This document shows, piece after piece, positions 24,955 to 33,932 of a stretch of DNA of 49,966 nucleotides. The notes beneath the pieces are model-generated. The model saw only the letters and a program-made list of their open reading frames with translations, ran no database searches and had not been told where the DNA came from. Each line of letters begins with the position of its first letter. Within the stretch, counting starts at the first letter, position 1. The translations under genes were made by a program, and so were the position numbers. Source of the DNA: an uncultured Clostridia bacterium (GTDB lineage Bacteria; Bacillota; Clostridia; Oscillospirales; Ruminococcaceae). Location of the stretch: contig CALXIG010000004.1 of the NCBI GenBank assembly GCA_944388305.1, positions 1 through 49,966 of the forward strand, in the 5' to 3' direction.

Positions 24955-26672
24955 ATATGCTGCTGCGGTATATCCGCCCCTATACCCTGAAAATGATGGG
25001 CGGGATGTTTGTCAAATTTGTCGGCGCGATCATGGACCTGCTCATCCCCTGGTTTCTGGCCTACATCATCGACAACATCATCCCCCTGCGCAGCGTGGCG
25101 CAGATCTTCCTCTGGGGCGGCGTCATGCTGTTCTGCTCCGTGATGGCCTGGGTGACGAACATCGTTGCAAACCGCATTGCGGGCTGGGTCTCCAAAATGG
25201 TGGTCGGCAATATGCGCCACGACCTGTTCCGGAAAATTTCCGCCCTTTCCTGCGCGCAGGTGGACGGATTTTCCATCCCCTCGCTCATCTCCCGCGTTAC
25301 ATCGGACAGCTATAACATTCACAGCATGATCGGGATGCTCCAGCGCATGGGAATCCGCGCGCCGATTCTGCTGCTGGGCGGCGTCGTGGTCACGCTGACC
25401 CTAGAGCCGGTGCTCGCCTCTGTGCTGATCGCGATGATGCCGCCGCTTGCGGCCATCATCGTCTACGTCTCCCGGAAGGGCATTCCCCTTTACGCCAGCC
25501 TGCAAAAGGGCGTCGACCGGATGGTCCAGGTGGTGCGGGAAAACATCATCGGCATCCGGGTCATCAAGGCGCTCTCCAAGACGGATTACGAAAAGGGGCG
25601 TTTTGAGGAGATCAACGCCGAGGTCGTCCGCCGGGAAAAAAAGGCGGGCCTCACGATGGCGGTCACCAATCCGAGCATGAATATCTTTCTGAACCTCGGC
25701 CTCACCCTGGTCATTCTGGTGGGTGCCTTCCGGGTAGACGCCGGCGCCAGCCAGGCGGGAAAGATCATCGCCTTTATGAGCTATTTTACCATCATTCTGA
25801 ACGCGCTGATGTCTATCAACCGCATTTTTGTCATGTGCTCCAAGGGCATCGCCTCCGCCAACCGCATTTCCGAGGTGCTGGACACCCTCCCCGACCTGGG
25901 TGTGATTCCGGAGACGGAGGAGGAAGAGAAGGATCCGCCGCACGTCTCCTTTGACAAAGTCTGTTTTTCCTACACCGGGACCGAGCGGACACTCACCGAC
26001 ATCAGCTTTTCACTGAAGAAGGGGGAGACGCTGGGCATTATCGGCGCGACCGGCGCGGGCAAGACGGCGGTCATCAACCTGCTCATGCGGCTGTATGAGG
26101 CGGACAGCGGGGAGATCCGCATCGGCGGGCGGAAGGTGAGCGCCATCCCCCCGGAAGAGCTGCACACCAAGTTTGGCATTGTCTTCCAGCACGATGTGAT
26201 TTTTGCCGACACCGTCGCCGAAAATATCTCCTTCGGCCGGGACATCCCCCTCGAGCGGCTGGAGGAGGCCGCGCGGGACGCCCAGGCGCTCGAATTCATT
26301 GACGGGCTGCCCGGACGGTTTGACTACGAGCTCGCCATCAAGGGTTCCAACCTGAGCGGCGGACAAAAGCAGCGGCTGCTCATCGCACGTGCACTGGCGG
26401 GGAATCCCGAGATCCTCGTCCTGGACGATTCATCGAGCGCGCTCGACTACAAGACCGACGCCAAGCTGCGGCAGGCGCTGCGCGAGCACTACGCGGGCAC
26501 CACAACCATCATCATTGCCCAGCGGATCAGCTCCATCCTCCACGCCGACCACATCCTCGTCCTGGAAGACGGGCGGGAAATCGGCTACGGCACCCACGAG
26601 CAGCTCATGGAGGAGTGCGAGAGCTACCGCGAAATCAGCCAGTCACAGATGGGAGGCGGGGACATTGGCTAA
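24951..26672 (+). CDS. ABC transporter permease/ATPase (type I exporter half-transporter, subunit 1)
   Basis: TTG 24951 lies 6 nt after GGAGGA and overlaps the marR TGA; ATG 24957 is an alternative. It has a six-TM domain, then Walker A GATGAGKT, signature LSGGQKQR and Walker B ILVLDDSSSALD. Confidence 0.85.
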   Translation: MNMLLRYIRPYTLKMMGGMFVKFVGAIMDLLIPWFLAYIIDNIIPLRSVAQIFLWGGVMLFCSVMAWVTNIVANRIAGWVSKMVVGNMRHDLFRKISALSCAQVDGFSIPSLISRVTSDSYNIHSMIGMLQRMGIRAPILLLGGVVVTLTLEPVLASVLIAMMPPLAAIIVYVSRKGIPLYASLQKGVDRMVQVVRENIIGIRVIKALSKTDYEKGRFEEINAEVVRREKKAGLTMAVTNPSMNIFLNLGLTLVILVGAFRVDAGASQAGKIIAFMSYFTIILNALMSINRIFVMCSKGIASANRISEVLDTLPDLGVIPETEEEEKDPPHVSFDKVCFSYTGTERTLTDISFSLKKGETLGIIGATGAGKTAVINLLMRLYEADSGEIRIGGRKVSAIPPEELHTKFGIVFQHDVIFADTVAENISFGRDIPLERLEEAARDAQALEFIDGLPGRFDYELAIKGSNLSGGQKQRLLIARALAGNPEILVLDDSSSALDYKTDAKLRQALREHYAGTTTIIIAQRISSILHADHILVLEDGREIGYGTHEQLMEECESYREISQSQMGGGDIG

Positions 26673-28437
26673 GTATTACCGGCGCGATCACCATACAACC
26701 CAGCCGAAGAGCAAGATCCTGCTGCGGCTCAGCACCTACATCCTCCGGCACAAGGCCATCGTCTTCTGCTGCCTGATGCTGACCATCGGCAGCAACCTGC
26801 TCGCCCTGGTCGGTCCGGCTCTGTCGGGCTATGCGATCAACGCCATCGAACCGGGGCCGGGCGCGGTGAACTTTGACGTCGTCTTCTATTACTGCGGACT
26901 GATGGCGGCCTTTTACATCGGGTCGTCAGTCCTTTCCTACATCCTTTCCGCGCTGATGATCGTGCTGAGCCAGCGGATTGTCTATCAGATGCGCAAGGAG
27001 GTCTTTGAGAAGCTGGCCGACCTCCCGGTCAATTACTTTGACCGCCACCAGACCGGCGATATCCTGAGCCGCATTTCCTACGACATTGACGTCGTCAATG
27101 CCTCCCTCTCCAACGACCTCTTGCAGATCTGCACCAGTGTTATCACCGTCGTCGGGTCCTTTATCATGATGGTGCGGATTTCTCCGCCGCTCGTGACCAT
27201 TTTCTTCGTCACCATCCCGGCTTCCATCCTCTTTACCCGCTACCGGGTCAAGAAGGTCCGGCCGCTGTTCCACATCCGTTCTGAAAAGCTTGGGGAACTC
27301 AACGGCTTTACCGAGGAGATTGTATCCGGCCAGAAAACGACCAAGGCGTACCACCAGGAGGCCGTTATGGAGAGCCGGTTTGACGAGAAAAACGACGAGG
27401 CGGTCACCGCCTTTTACCGGGCGGACTACTACGGCAGCGTCACCGGCCCGTCGGTCAACTTTATCAACAATGTCTCCCTTTCGCTGGTCAGCGTCTTCGG
27501 GGCGCTGTTATACCTGTTCGGGCAGATTACGCTCGGCAACATTTCGACCTTTGTCCTCTATTCCCGGCGGTTTTCCGGGCCGATCAACGAGATGGCCAAC
27601 ATCGTGAGCGAGCTGCAATCCGCCTGCGCCGCGGCGGAGCGGGTTTTCCGCCTGCTGGATGAGCCGGTCGAGCCGGCCGATGCGCCGGACGCCGTTGTTC
27701 TCAACCATGTGCGGGGCGATGTGCGGATGCGGAACATCCGCTTCGGCTACACGCCGGACAAGATCATCATCCCCAATCTGAACCTCACCGCTCCGGCCGG
27801 CAGCACCGTCGCCATTGTCGGGCACACCGGCGCGGGGAAGACGACCCTTATCAACCTGCTGATGCGCTTTTATGATCCGCAGAGCGGCGTTATTTCGGTG
27901 GACGGCAAAGATATCCAGCATGTCACCCGCAAGAGCCTGCGGCTCTCCTATGCGATGGTGCTGCAGGACACCTGGCTGTTTAACGGCACGATTTTTGACA
28001 ACATCGCCTACGGCAAGCCGGGCGCGACCATTGAGGAGGTCTCGGCAGCCGCAAAAGCCGCCCGCATTGACAGCTACATCCGCAAGCTGCCGGACGGGTA
28101 CCAGACCTACATCAACGAGGACGGTGTCAACATCTCCCAGGGGCAGAAACAGCTGCTGACCATCGCCCGGGCGATGCTGCTCGACGCAAAAATGCTCATC
28201 CTCGATGAGGCGACCTCCAACGTCGACACCCGCACTGAGATTCAGATTCAGGCCGCGATGCAGGAGCTGATGAAGGGCAAGACCTGCTTCATCATCGCAC
28301 ACCGGCTTTCCACCATCCAGCACGCCGACAACATCCTCGTCGTCGACGGCGGCAACATCGTCGAGCAGGGCACCCACGCCGAGCTGATGGCAAAAGGCGG
28401 CGTTTATGCCGGGCTGTACCGGTCGCAGTTCCAGTAA
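26665..28437 (+). CDS. ABC transporter permease/ATPase (subunit 2 of the heterodimeric exporter)
   Basis: TTG 26665 lies 8 nt after GGGAGG and overlaps the end of subunit 1. It has Walker A GHTGAGKTT, ISQGQKQL and MLILDEATSNVD. The track ORF from 26389 is an out-of-context 5' extension. Confidence 0.85.
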   Translation: MAKYYRRDHHTTQPKSKILLRLSTYILRHKAIVFCCLMLTIGSNLLALVGPALSGYAINAIEPGPGAVNFDVVFYYCGLMAAFYIGSSVLSYILSALMIVLSQRIVYQMRKEVFEKLADLPVNYFDRHQTGDILSRISYDIDVVNASLSNDLLQICTSVITVVGSFIMMVRISPPLVTIFFVTIPASILFTRYRVKKVRPLFHIRSEKLGELNGFTEEIVSGQKTTKAYHQEAVMESRFDEKNDEAVTAFYRADYYGSVTGPSVNFINNVSLSLVSVFGALLYLFGQITLGNISTFVLYSRRFSGPINEMANIVSELQSACAAAERVFRLLDEPVEPADAPDAVVLNHVRGDVRMRNIRFGYTPDKIIIPNLNLTAPAGSTVAIVGHTGAGKTTLINLLMRFYDPQSGVISVDGKDIQHVTRKSLRLSYAMVLQDTWLFNGTIFDNIAYGKPGATIEEVSAAAKAARIDSYIRKLPDGYQTYINEDGVNISQGQKQLLTIARAMLLDAKMLILDEATSNVDTRTEIQIQAAMQELMKGKTCFIIAHRLSTIQHADNILVVDGGNIVEQGTHAELMAKGGVYAGLYRSQFQ

Positions 28438-28517
28438 CAGACTTCCGGGCTGCCGGGCGGCGTCCGGTTGACAATAGGGCTGCGCGATTGCTGCAACCCG
28501 GGATCGCGGGCCGGAAT

Positions 28518-28556
28518 CCCCCCCCTCTCACGCTCCGAGAGGGGGGAATTTTCTCC
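28518..28556 (+). terminator. Terminator after the ABC operon
   Basis: CCCCCCTCTC, 7-nt loop, GAGAGGGGGG, followed by AATTTTCT. Confidence 0.7.
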
Positions 28557-28582
28557 AATTTCAGGAAATTTGCGCAAATCTC

Positions 28583-28613
28583 TTGACACTTCCCCAAGGT
28601 CAGATGGTACGCT
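28583..28613 (+). promoter_or_regulatory. MerR-type promoter with a 19-bp spacer
   Basis: TTGACA (28583-28588), 19 nt, TACGCT (28608-28613). The imperfect dyad TGACaCTT-CCCC-AAGGTCA spans the -35 box and spacer, as in MerR-family-controlled promoters. Confidence 0.55.
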
Positions 28614-28637
28614 GAAGGCAGAAAGGGGTGGATTTTT

Positions 28638-29546
28638 ATGAAGATCAGGGAAATCTGCGAGAAAACCGGCCTGACCGAACGGGCCGTGCGGCTCTATCTG
28701 GAGCGGGGGCTGCTGCATCCCGCGAGCGAGCGGCGGCGGGGGAGGACCTACCACGAATACAGCGAGGCCGACCTGGCCCGCCTGCGGGAGATCGCCGCCC
28801 TCCGGGGCCGCGGCTTTTCGCTCGAGGAGATCGCCCTCCTGCTGGACGGCGGGGATGCGGACGCAATCCTCGCTTCCCGCATCGCGCAGCTTAAAGAGGA
28901 AGCCGGGCGGGCGGCCGAAAACGCGGACGCATTGGGGCAGCTTTCCGGGAAGGGATGGCCGGACGGCAGTGCGCTCGCGCAAGCGGTGCTGCGGCAGGGC
29001 TGCCCTAGGGTGCCGGCCGACGCTGAACCGGATTTCGGGCGGGAGGACGGCCTCACCCGGGAGGAAAAGCGCCGTCTTTCCCAAAACGCCCGCAAAAACC
29101 TCGCCCGCGCTTCCCACCGCAGGCGGATCCTGGCCGGGGCCGCCGCCGCGGTGCTGCTGGCAGCGGGCGCGCTGGGCTGGCAGCACTGGCAGGGAAGCCG
29201 CCCTGTCTCGGCCGTGACCCTCTTAAGCCCGGCCGTCTTCACCGACAAACGGCTGCTCAGAAACGAAGACGGCGAGATTCTGCTGACCGCCCGGTGCAGG
29301 GCCGAGACGGGCGAGTTCCTGGCGGTTTTCCGCGGGGAGACGGGGGACGCGCTGTACAGCAGCCTCTTTTTGGGGCAGGAATACGCGGGCGCCACCGTAT
29401 GCATCGACCTCCCCCGCCGGGAGGCGGAAAAGCGCGGGCTTCTGGACGGGGGCTTTCTCCGGATGCCATGGGAGCAGGCGCTCTCCGACGACAGCTTCTG
29501 CCTCGAATATCTCTCGGTCATCAGCCTGCAGGGTGATTTCTATTGA
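28638..29546 (+). CDS. MerR family regulator with a predicted TM helix and C-terminal extracytoplasmic domain
   Basis: N-terminal MKIREICEKTGLTERAVRLYLERGLL..YSEADLARLREIAALRGRGFSLEEI (MerR HTH). Hydrophobic ILAGAAAAVLLAAGALGW at about residue 175, followed by roughly 110 further residues. Confidence 0.8.
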   Translation: MKIREICEKTGLTERAVRLYLERGLLHPASERRRGRTYHEYSEADLARLREIAALRGRGFSLEEIALLLDGGDADAILASRIAQLKEEAGRAAENADALGQLSGKGWPDGSALAQAVLRQGCPRVPADAEPDFGREDGLTREEKRRLSQNARKNLARASHRRRILAGAAAAVLLAAGALGWQHWQGSRPVSAVTLLSPAVFTDKRLLRNEDGEILLTARCRAETGEFLAVFRGETGDALYSSLFLGQEYAGATVCIDLPRREAEKRGLLDGGFLRMPWEQALSDDSFCLEYLSVISLQGDFY

Positions 29547-29728
29547 TTTGTGAATAATCTTTGTCTTGGGTGAACGATCTGAAATGCTTGCAAAAAATTC
29601 AGGGCTTTTGGCAAAATGTTCATAAAAAAAGCATGGTTTTTTAAATGTGAATATGGTATCATAAGGTTACCAATTCAAGAACACAGCTTGCGATTGGCTT
29701 CATCAAATGGAAAAAGGGGGCTTTTTAT

Positions 29729-30427
29729 ATGGCACTTGGAAAGATTCTGGTTGTAGACGACGATCAGAATATCTGTGAATTGCTTCGTTTGTATTTGGAA
29801 AAAGAGGGATATACGGTTATTCTCGCCTACGATGGGGAAGAGGCGCTCAGCAAATTCAAGGCGCTTCCGCCCGACCTTATCCTGCTTGACATCATGCTGC
29901 CCGGCCTGGACGGCTGGCAGGTCTGCCGCGAGATCCGCAAAAAGAGCCAGGTCCCGATCATCATGCTCACCGCGAAGGGGGAGACCTTTGACAAGGTTCT
30001 GGGCCTTGAGCTGGGCGCAGACGACTATGTGGTCAAGCCCTTTGACACCAAAGAGGTCATCGCCCGGATCAAGGCGGTGCTCCGCCGCGTCGGCCAGAAC
30101 ACCCAGCAGAACGACCTCAAGGAGGTCTGCTACGACAAGCTGGTGGTCAATATGACCCGCTACGAGCTGAAGGTGGACGGCAAGGTTATCGACACGCCGC
30201 CCAAAGAGCTGGAGCTGCTTTACCACCTTGCCTCCAACCCCAACCGGGTCTACACCCGCGATCAGCTGCTCGACGAGGTCTGGGGCTTTGAATACTACGG
30301 CGATTCCCGCACCATCGACGTTCATGTCAAGCGGCTGCGCGAAAAGCTGGAGGGCGTTTCGGACAAGTGGTCGCTCAAGACGGTCTGGGGCGTCGGCTAT
30401 AAATTTGAAGTGGTCGACCTGCTGTAA
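29729..30427 (+). CDS. OmpR/PhoB family response regulator
   Basis: KILVVDDD..LILLDIMLPGLDG..MLTAKG..DDYVVKPF, plus a winged-helix output domain (LTRYELKVDG..TPKELELL..VWG..RTIDVHVKRLREKL). Confidence 0.92.
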   Translation: MALGKILVVDDDQNICELLRLYLEKEGYTVILAYDGEEALSKFKALPPDLILLDIMLPGLDGWQVCREIRKKSQVPIIMLTAKGETFDKVLGLELGADDYVVKPFDTKEVIARIKAVLRRVGQNTQQNDLKEVCYDKLVVNMTRYELKVDGKVIDTPPKELELLYHLASNPNRVYTRDQLLDEVWGFEYYGDSRTIDVHVKRLREKLEGVSDKWSLKTVWGVGYKFEVVDLL

Positions 30428-30511
30428 AGGGCCGTCTCAAGCCGCACAGCGGTTTTGCTGCTCCATGCAGCGGACCGCTGTGCGGTTCTTTCCGCGGAAG
30501 GATGTGTGACC

Positions 30512-32008
30512 ATGCAAAAAAGTATCTTCAGCAAGTATTTCCGGGTCTGCGCCGTGACAGTCCTGTCGGCGACCCTGCTGATCGGCACCCTCTTCATGGC
30601 CTTTGCCGCTCAGTATTTTTCCAGCGACAAGCTGAAACTGCTGGCCGGCAGCGCCTATGTCATCAAAAATTATGTGATCGAACGGGTCAGCACCGATTCC
30701 GGACAGCTTTCTTCCAATGATATCGCCCTCCGCCCGACCCTGCTCGCCCTCTCCGATTCCAACGACAACGTCATTTTCATCACCGACACAGAGGGGAAAA
30801 CCATCTTCTGTACCGAAGGGAAAAACTGCGTCCTCCACAGCACCTACCTTCTCCCGCGCCGCGTGCTGGAGAAGGCGGAGGAGGAGGGAATCTACAGCGA
30901 GAGCGGCCGGCTGGACGGCTATTACCGTGAGCCGCAGTACACCGTCTGCATGCCGATCGCCGAGACCGGCTCCCAGCGCACGGCCGGCTTCCTTTTTGTG
31001 ACCGGCAGCACCGAGGAACTGCACCAGTTTGTCTTTGAGATGATCAAGATCTTTCTGCTGTGCGCCATTCTGGTGCTTCTGATCACCTTCCTGGCGACCT
31101 ATTTTGTGACCTTGAAGATGGTTCGCCCGCTGCGGGAGATGGCGGTCGCGGCCAAGAAATTTGGGCAGGGAGACTTTTCCACCCGCATCCGCATCGACTC
31201 GGACGATGAAATCGGGCAGCTCGCAATGGCATTCAACAATATGGCCAAGTCCCTCTCCACCCTCGAGTCCATGCGCCGCAGCTTTGTCGCCAACGTCTCC
31301 CACGAGCTGCGCACCCCGATGACCTCCATCGCCGGCTTTATCGACGGCATCCTGGACGGCACCATCGGCCCGGAAAAACAGAGCCACTACCTGCGCATCG
31401 TTTCCGATGAGGTCAAGCGGCTCTCCCGTCTGGTTCGCAGCATGCTCAATCTCTCCCGCATTGAGGCGGGGGAGCTGAAGGTGCAGACCACCCAGTTCGA
31501 CGTGCTGGAGATCATCTGCGAGACGGTTTTCAGCTTCGAGCAGGCCATCAACAAAAAGCGGCTGGATATCCGCGGCCTGGACAACGACAAAGTGATGGTG
31601 GAGGCGGACCCCGACCTCATCCATCAGGTCGTCTACAACCTGATCGAAAACGCAGTCAAGTTTGTCAATGAGGACGGTTACCTCGAGTTTTCCTTCAATA
31701 CCGACAGCCACATGACCTATGTCGGCATCCGAAACAGCGGCGAGGGCCTCGCCAAGGAGGAGATCCCGCGGGTGTTCGACCGGTTTTACAAGACGGACCG
31801 CTCCCGCGGCATGGATAAAAACGGCGTCGGCCTGGGGCTTTACCTGGTCCGGTCGATCATCAACCTGCACGGCGGCGATATCATCGTCAAGAGCACGCCG
31901 GGCGAGTATACGGAGTTCATCTTCTCCATCCCGACCGCAAAGGCCAAAAATCCCAACCTGGTCAAGGGCCGGGAAAAGGAATATCCGGCGCAGCAGCCCA
32001 AGGAATAA
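30512..32008 (+). CDS. Sensor histidine kinase (2 TM, HAMP, HisKA, HATPase_c)
   Basis: ATG 30512 follows GGAAGGA. It has HAMP (MVRPLREMAVAAKKFGQGDF), the H-box FVANVSHELRTPMTSI, the N-box NLIENAVKF and the G-box GVGLGLYLV. Confidence 0.9.
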   Translation: MQKSIFSKYFRVCAVTVLSATLLIGTLFMAFAAQYFSSDKLKLLAGSAYVIKNYVIERVSTDSGQLSSNDIALRPTLLALSDSNDNVIFITDTEGKTIFCTEGKNCVLHSTYLLPRRVLEKAEEEGIYSESGRLDGYYREPQYTVCMPIAETGSQRTAGFLFVTGSTEELHQFVFEMIKIFLLCAILVLLITFLATYFVTLKMVRPLREMAVAAKKFGQGDFSTRIRIDSDDEIGQLAMAFNNMAKSLSTLESMRRSFVANVSHELRTPMTSIAGFIDGILDGTIGPEKQSHYLRIVSDEVKRLSRLVRSMLNLSRIEAGELKVQTTQFDVLEIICETVFSFEQAINKKRLDIRGLDNDKVMVEADPDLIHQVVYNLIENAVKFVNEDGYLEFSFNTDSHMTYVGIRNSGEGLAKEEIPRVFDRFYKTDRSRGMDKNGVGLGLYLVRSIINLHGGDIIVKSTPGEYTEFIFSIPTAKAKNPNLVKGREKEYPAQQPKE

Positions 32009-32151
32009 TCCGCCGCAGATGGGGAATTCTCCCATGTGTCGGTCAGGTGAAAAAAATCGAAAAAAATTCTCCGCGCATTGATACAATCATCAAACGGCGT
32101 TCACATTCGGGTGGTAGAATACAGCTATACAAAGATCAAGGAGGTCTCCAC

Positions 32152-33732
32152 ATGAACGATCAGAATCTTTTCGAAGGCCAGCAGCCGCAGGGTGAACCGG
32201 CGGAGCAGCCTTCCGGCAATACAGAAACATCCGGCCAGCAGCAGAATCCTCAGACAGACCGGCAGGCTCCCGGACAGGGCCAGCAGGGTGGTGCCGGCGT
32301 AGCCCGGGAAAATCCCGGCCCCAATCTGAACGGGTGGCATTCCTACTCTGCGGACAGCGCCGGTCAGGGCCAGCAGCCTCCCCGGCAGGATGCCGGTTTC
32401 GGCTTCCAGCAGGCTTCTCAGAGCCCCGAATACCACTGGACTTTTGAGGATTACGACGAAATCTCCCGGAAACAGGGCGGTGCCCGCGCAAAGCACAGCT
32501 CCGGGCTGAAGATTTTCGCCGTCGTCATGACAGTGGTCTTTCTCCTCACCGCGGTCGCTTTCGCGGGGGTGCTGGTCTTCTTTACCACCCGCGACAATGT
32601 CTCCGGTGAGACGCTGACGGAAAATTCAGCCGAAGTATCCGAGCCGGACGGCCCGCAGCTCGGGCTGAACAACCGCCCCGCCCCCGATGAGGAGGCGTAC
32701 ACCGACGGCGTCCTCTCGACCGAGGAAATTGCCGCCAAGGTGCGGCCGTCGGTTGTCGGCATCGTCTCCTACCAGAGCACAACCTTCCCCATGCAGGCGT
32801 ACAGCACCGGTTCCGGCATCATCATGACGGGTGACGGCTATATCATCACCAACGCCCACGTTGTCAACGGCGCGACCGGCATCGCGGTCGTCCTGGACAA
32901 CGAGGAGGAGTACGAGGCGCGGCTGATCGGCCTGGACGAAAAGACCGACCTCGCTGTCATCAAAATCGAGGCGGAAAATCTGACGCCGGCAGAATTCGGC
33001 AATTCCGACGAACTGGTGGTCGGCGAGCGGGTCGTCGCGATCGGCAACCCCACCGGCCTGAATCTCGCCGGTTCTGTCACGCAGGGCATCGTTTCCGGCC
33101 TGGAGAGAAGCATTCAGGTGACCGACGAGACAACCGGAAACGTCATTGAGATGCAGGCCATCCAGGTGGATGCCGCCATCAATCCCGGCAACTCGGGCGG
33201 CGCGCTCATCAACAAGTACGGCCAGGTCGTCGGCATCAACTCCTCCAAGCTTTCCTCCACCCAGATCGAGGGCATCGGCTTCGCCATCCCGATCTCAACG
33301 GCCAAGCCGATTGTCGACGATCTGATCAGCTACGGCTATGTCCGCGGCCGCGTCCTGCTTGGCATCACCTACTACGCTATCAGCGACGTGACCGGTGCGA
33401 TCAGCGGCTACACCCCCGGCCTGTGGGTGCAGACCGTCCGCGAGGACCTCGACGTCTACGCAAAAGGTGTCCGTCCGGGCGATGTGATCGTTCAGATGGA
33501 CGGCCAGGACGTCCGCGACTCGGACACTGTGAAGGAGATTATGGAGGGCAAGAAGCCGGGCGACACCGTCCAGCTCACAATCGTCCGCCAGAGCGTCACC
33601 GGCAAGCTCTCAACCTTTACTGTCGACGTGGAGCTGGCCGAGGACACCGGTTCTCTGTCCGCCTCCCAGCAGGAGGAACAGAGCCAGCTCGAACCGTATC
33701 AGGGCGGCCTGCAGCAGCTCCCCACCGACTGA
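32152..33732 (+). CDS. htrA: HtrA/DegP-family serine protease (S1C) with PDZ domain and a Gln/Gly-rich N-terminal tail
   Basis: ATG 32152 follows AAGGAGG. The catalytic triad contexts are ITNAHVV, DLAVIKI and GNSGGALIN. It has one TM helix (IFAVVMTVVFLLTAVAFAGVLVFF) and a C-terminal PDZ domain (GDVIVQMDG). Confidence 0.9.
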   Translation: MNDQNLFEGQQPQGEPAEQPSGNTETSGQQQNPQTDRQAPGQGQQGGAGVARENPGPNLNGWHSYSADSAGQGQQPPRQDAGFGFQQASQSPEYHWTFEDYDEISRKQGGARAKHSSGLKIFAVVMTVVFLLTAVAFAGVLVFFTTRDNVSGETLTENSAEVSEPDGPQLGLNNRPAPDEEAYTDGVLSTEEIAAKVRPSVVGIVSYQSTTFPMQAYSTGSGIIMTGDGYIITNAHVVNGATGIAVVLDNEEEYEARLIGLDEKTDLAVIKIEAENLTPAEFGNSDELVVGERVVAIGNPTGLNLAGSVTQGIVSGLERSIQVTDETTGNVIEMQAIQVDAAINPGNSGGALINKYGQVVGINSSKLSSTQIEGIGFAIPISTAKPIVDDLISYGYVRGRVLLGITYYAISDVTGAISGYTPGLWVQTVREDLDVYAKGVRPGDVIVQMDGQDVRDSDTVKEIMEGKKPGDTVQLTIVRQSVTGKLSTFTVDVELAEDTGSLSASQQEEQSQLEPYQGGLQQLPTD

Positions 33733-33752
33733 TATCCCGTTTTTCAGGACGG

Positions 33753-33797
33753 ATCCCCGCTCCCCCCATTCTTCGCCGGGAGCGGGGATATTTTTTG
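33753..33797 (+). terminator. Terminator after htrA
   Basis: ATCCCCGCTCCC (33753-33764), loop, GGGAGCGGGGAT (33778-33789), followed by ATTTTTT. Confidence 0.85.
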
Positions 33798-33866
33798 TAA
33801 TCCTATAAAATCGGAATAAAATTCCGCTGTTTGCCGGAATATATCACATAAAATTTCGAATAACGG

Positions 33867-33895
33867 TTGACATGCGGTAAAATATGTGGTACTCT
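33867..33895 (+). promoter_or_regulatory. Candidate promoter of the leu operon
   Basis: TTGACA (33867-33872), 17 nt, TGg-TACTCT (33890-33895). The leader is only about 35 nt, leaving no room for a T-box. Confidence 0.45.
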
Positions 33896-33932
33896 AAAAG
33901 TAATCGTCAGAAAAACGGAAAGGAATCTGCTT

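Noticed and set aside
33798-33932. A T-box or leader peptide upstream of leuA, and an S-box upstream of the met operon (9942-10019).
   Set aside because: Both promoter-to-ATG distances are too short (under 80 nt). Neither a T-box sequence (AGGGTGGNACCGCG) nor a SAM-I core was seen.
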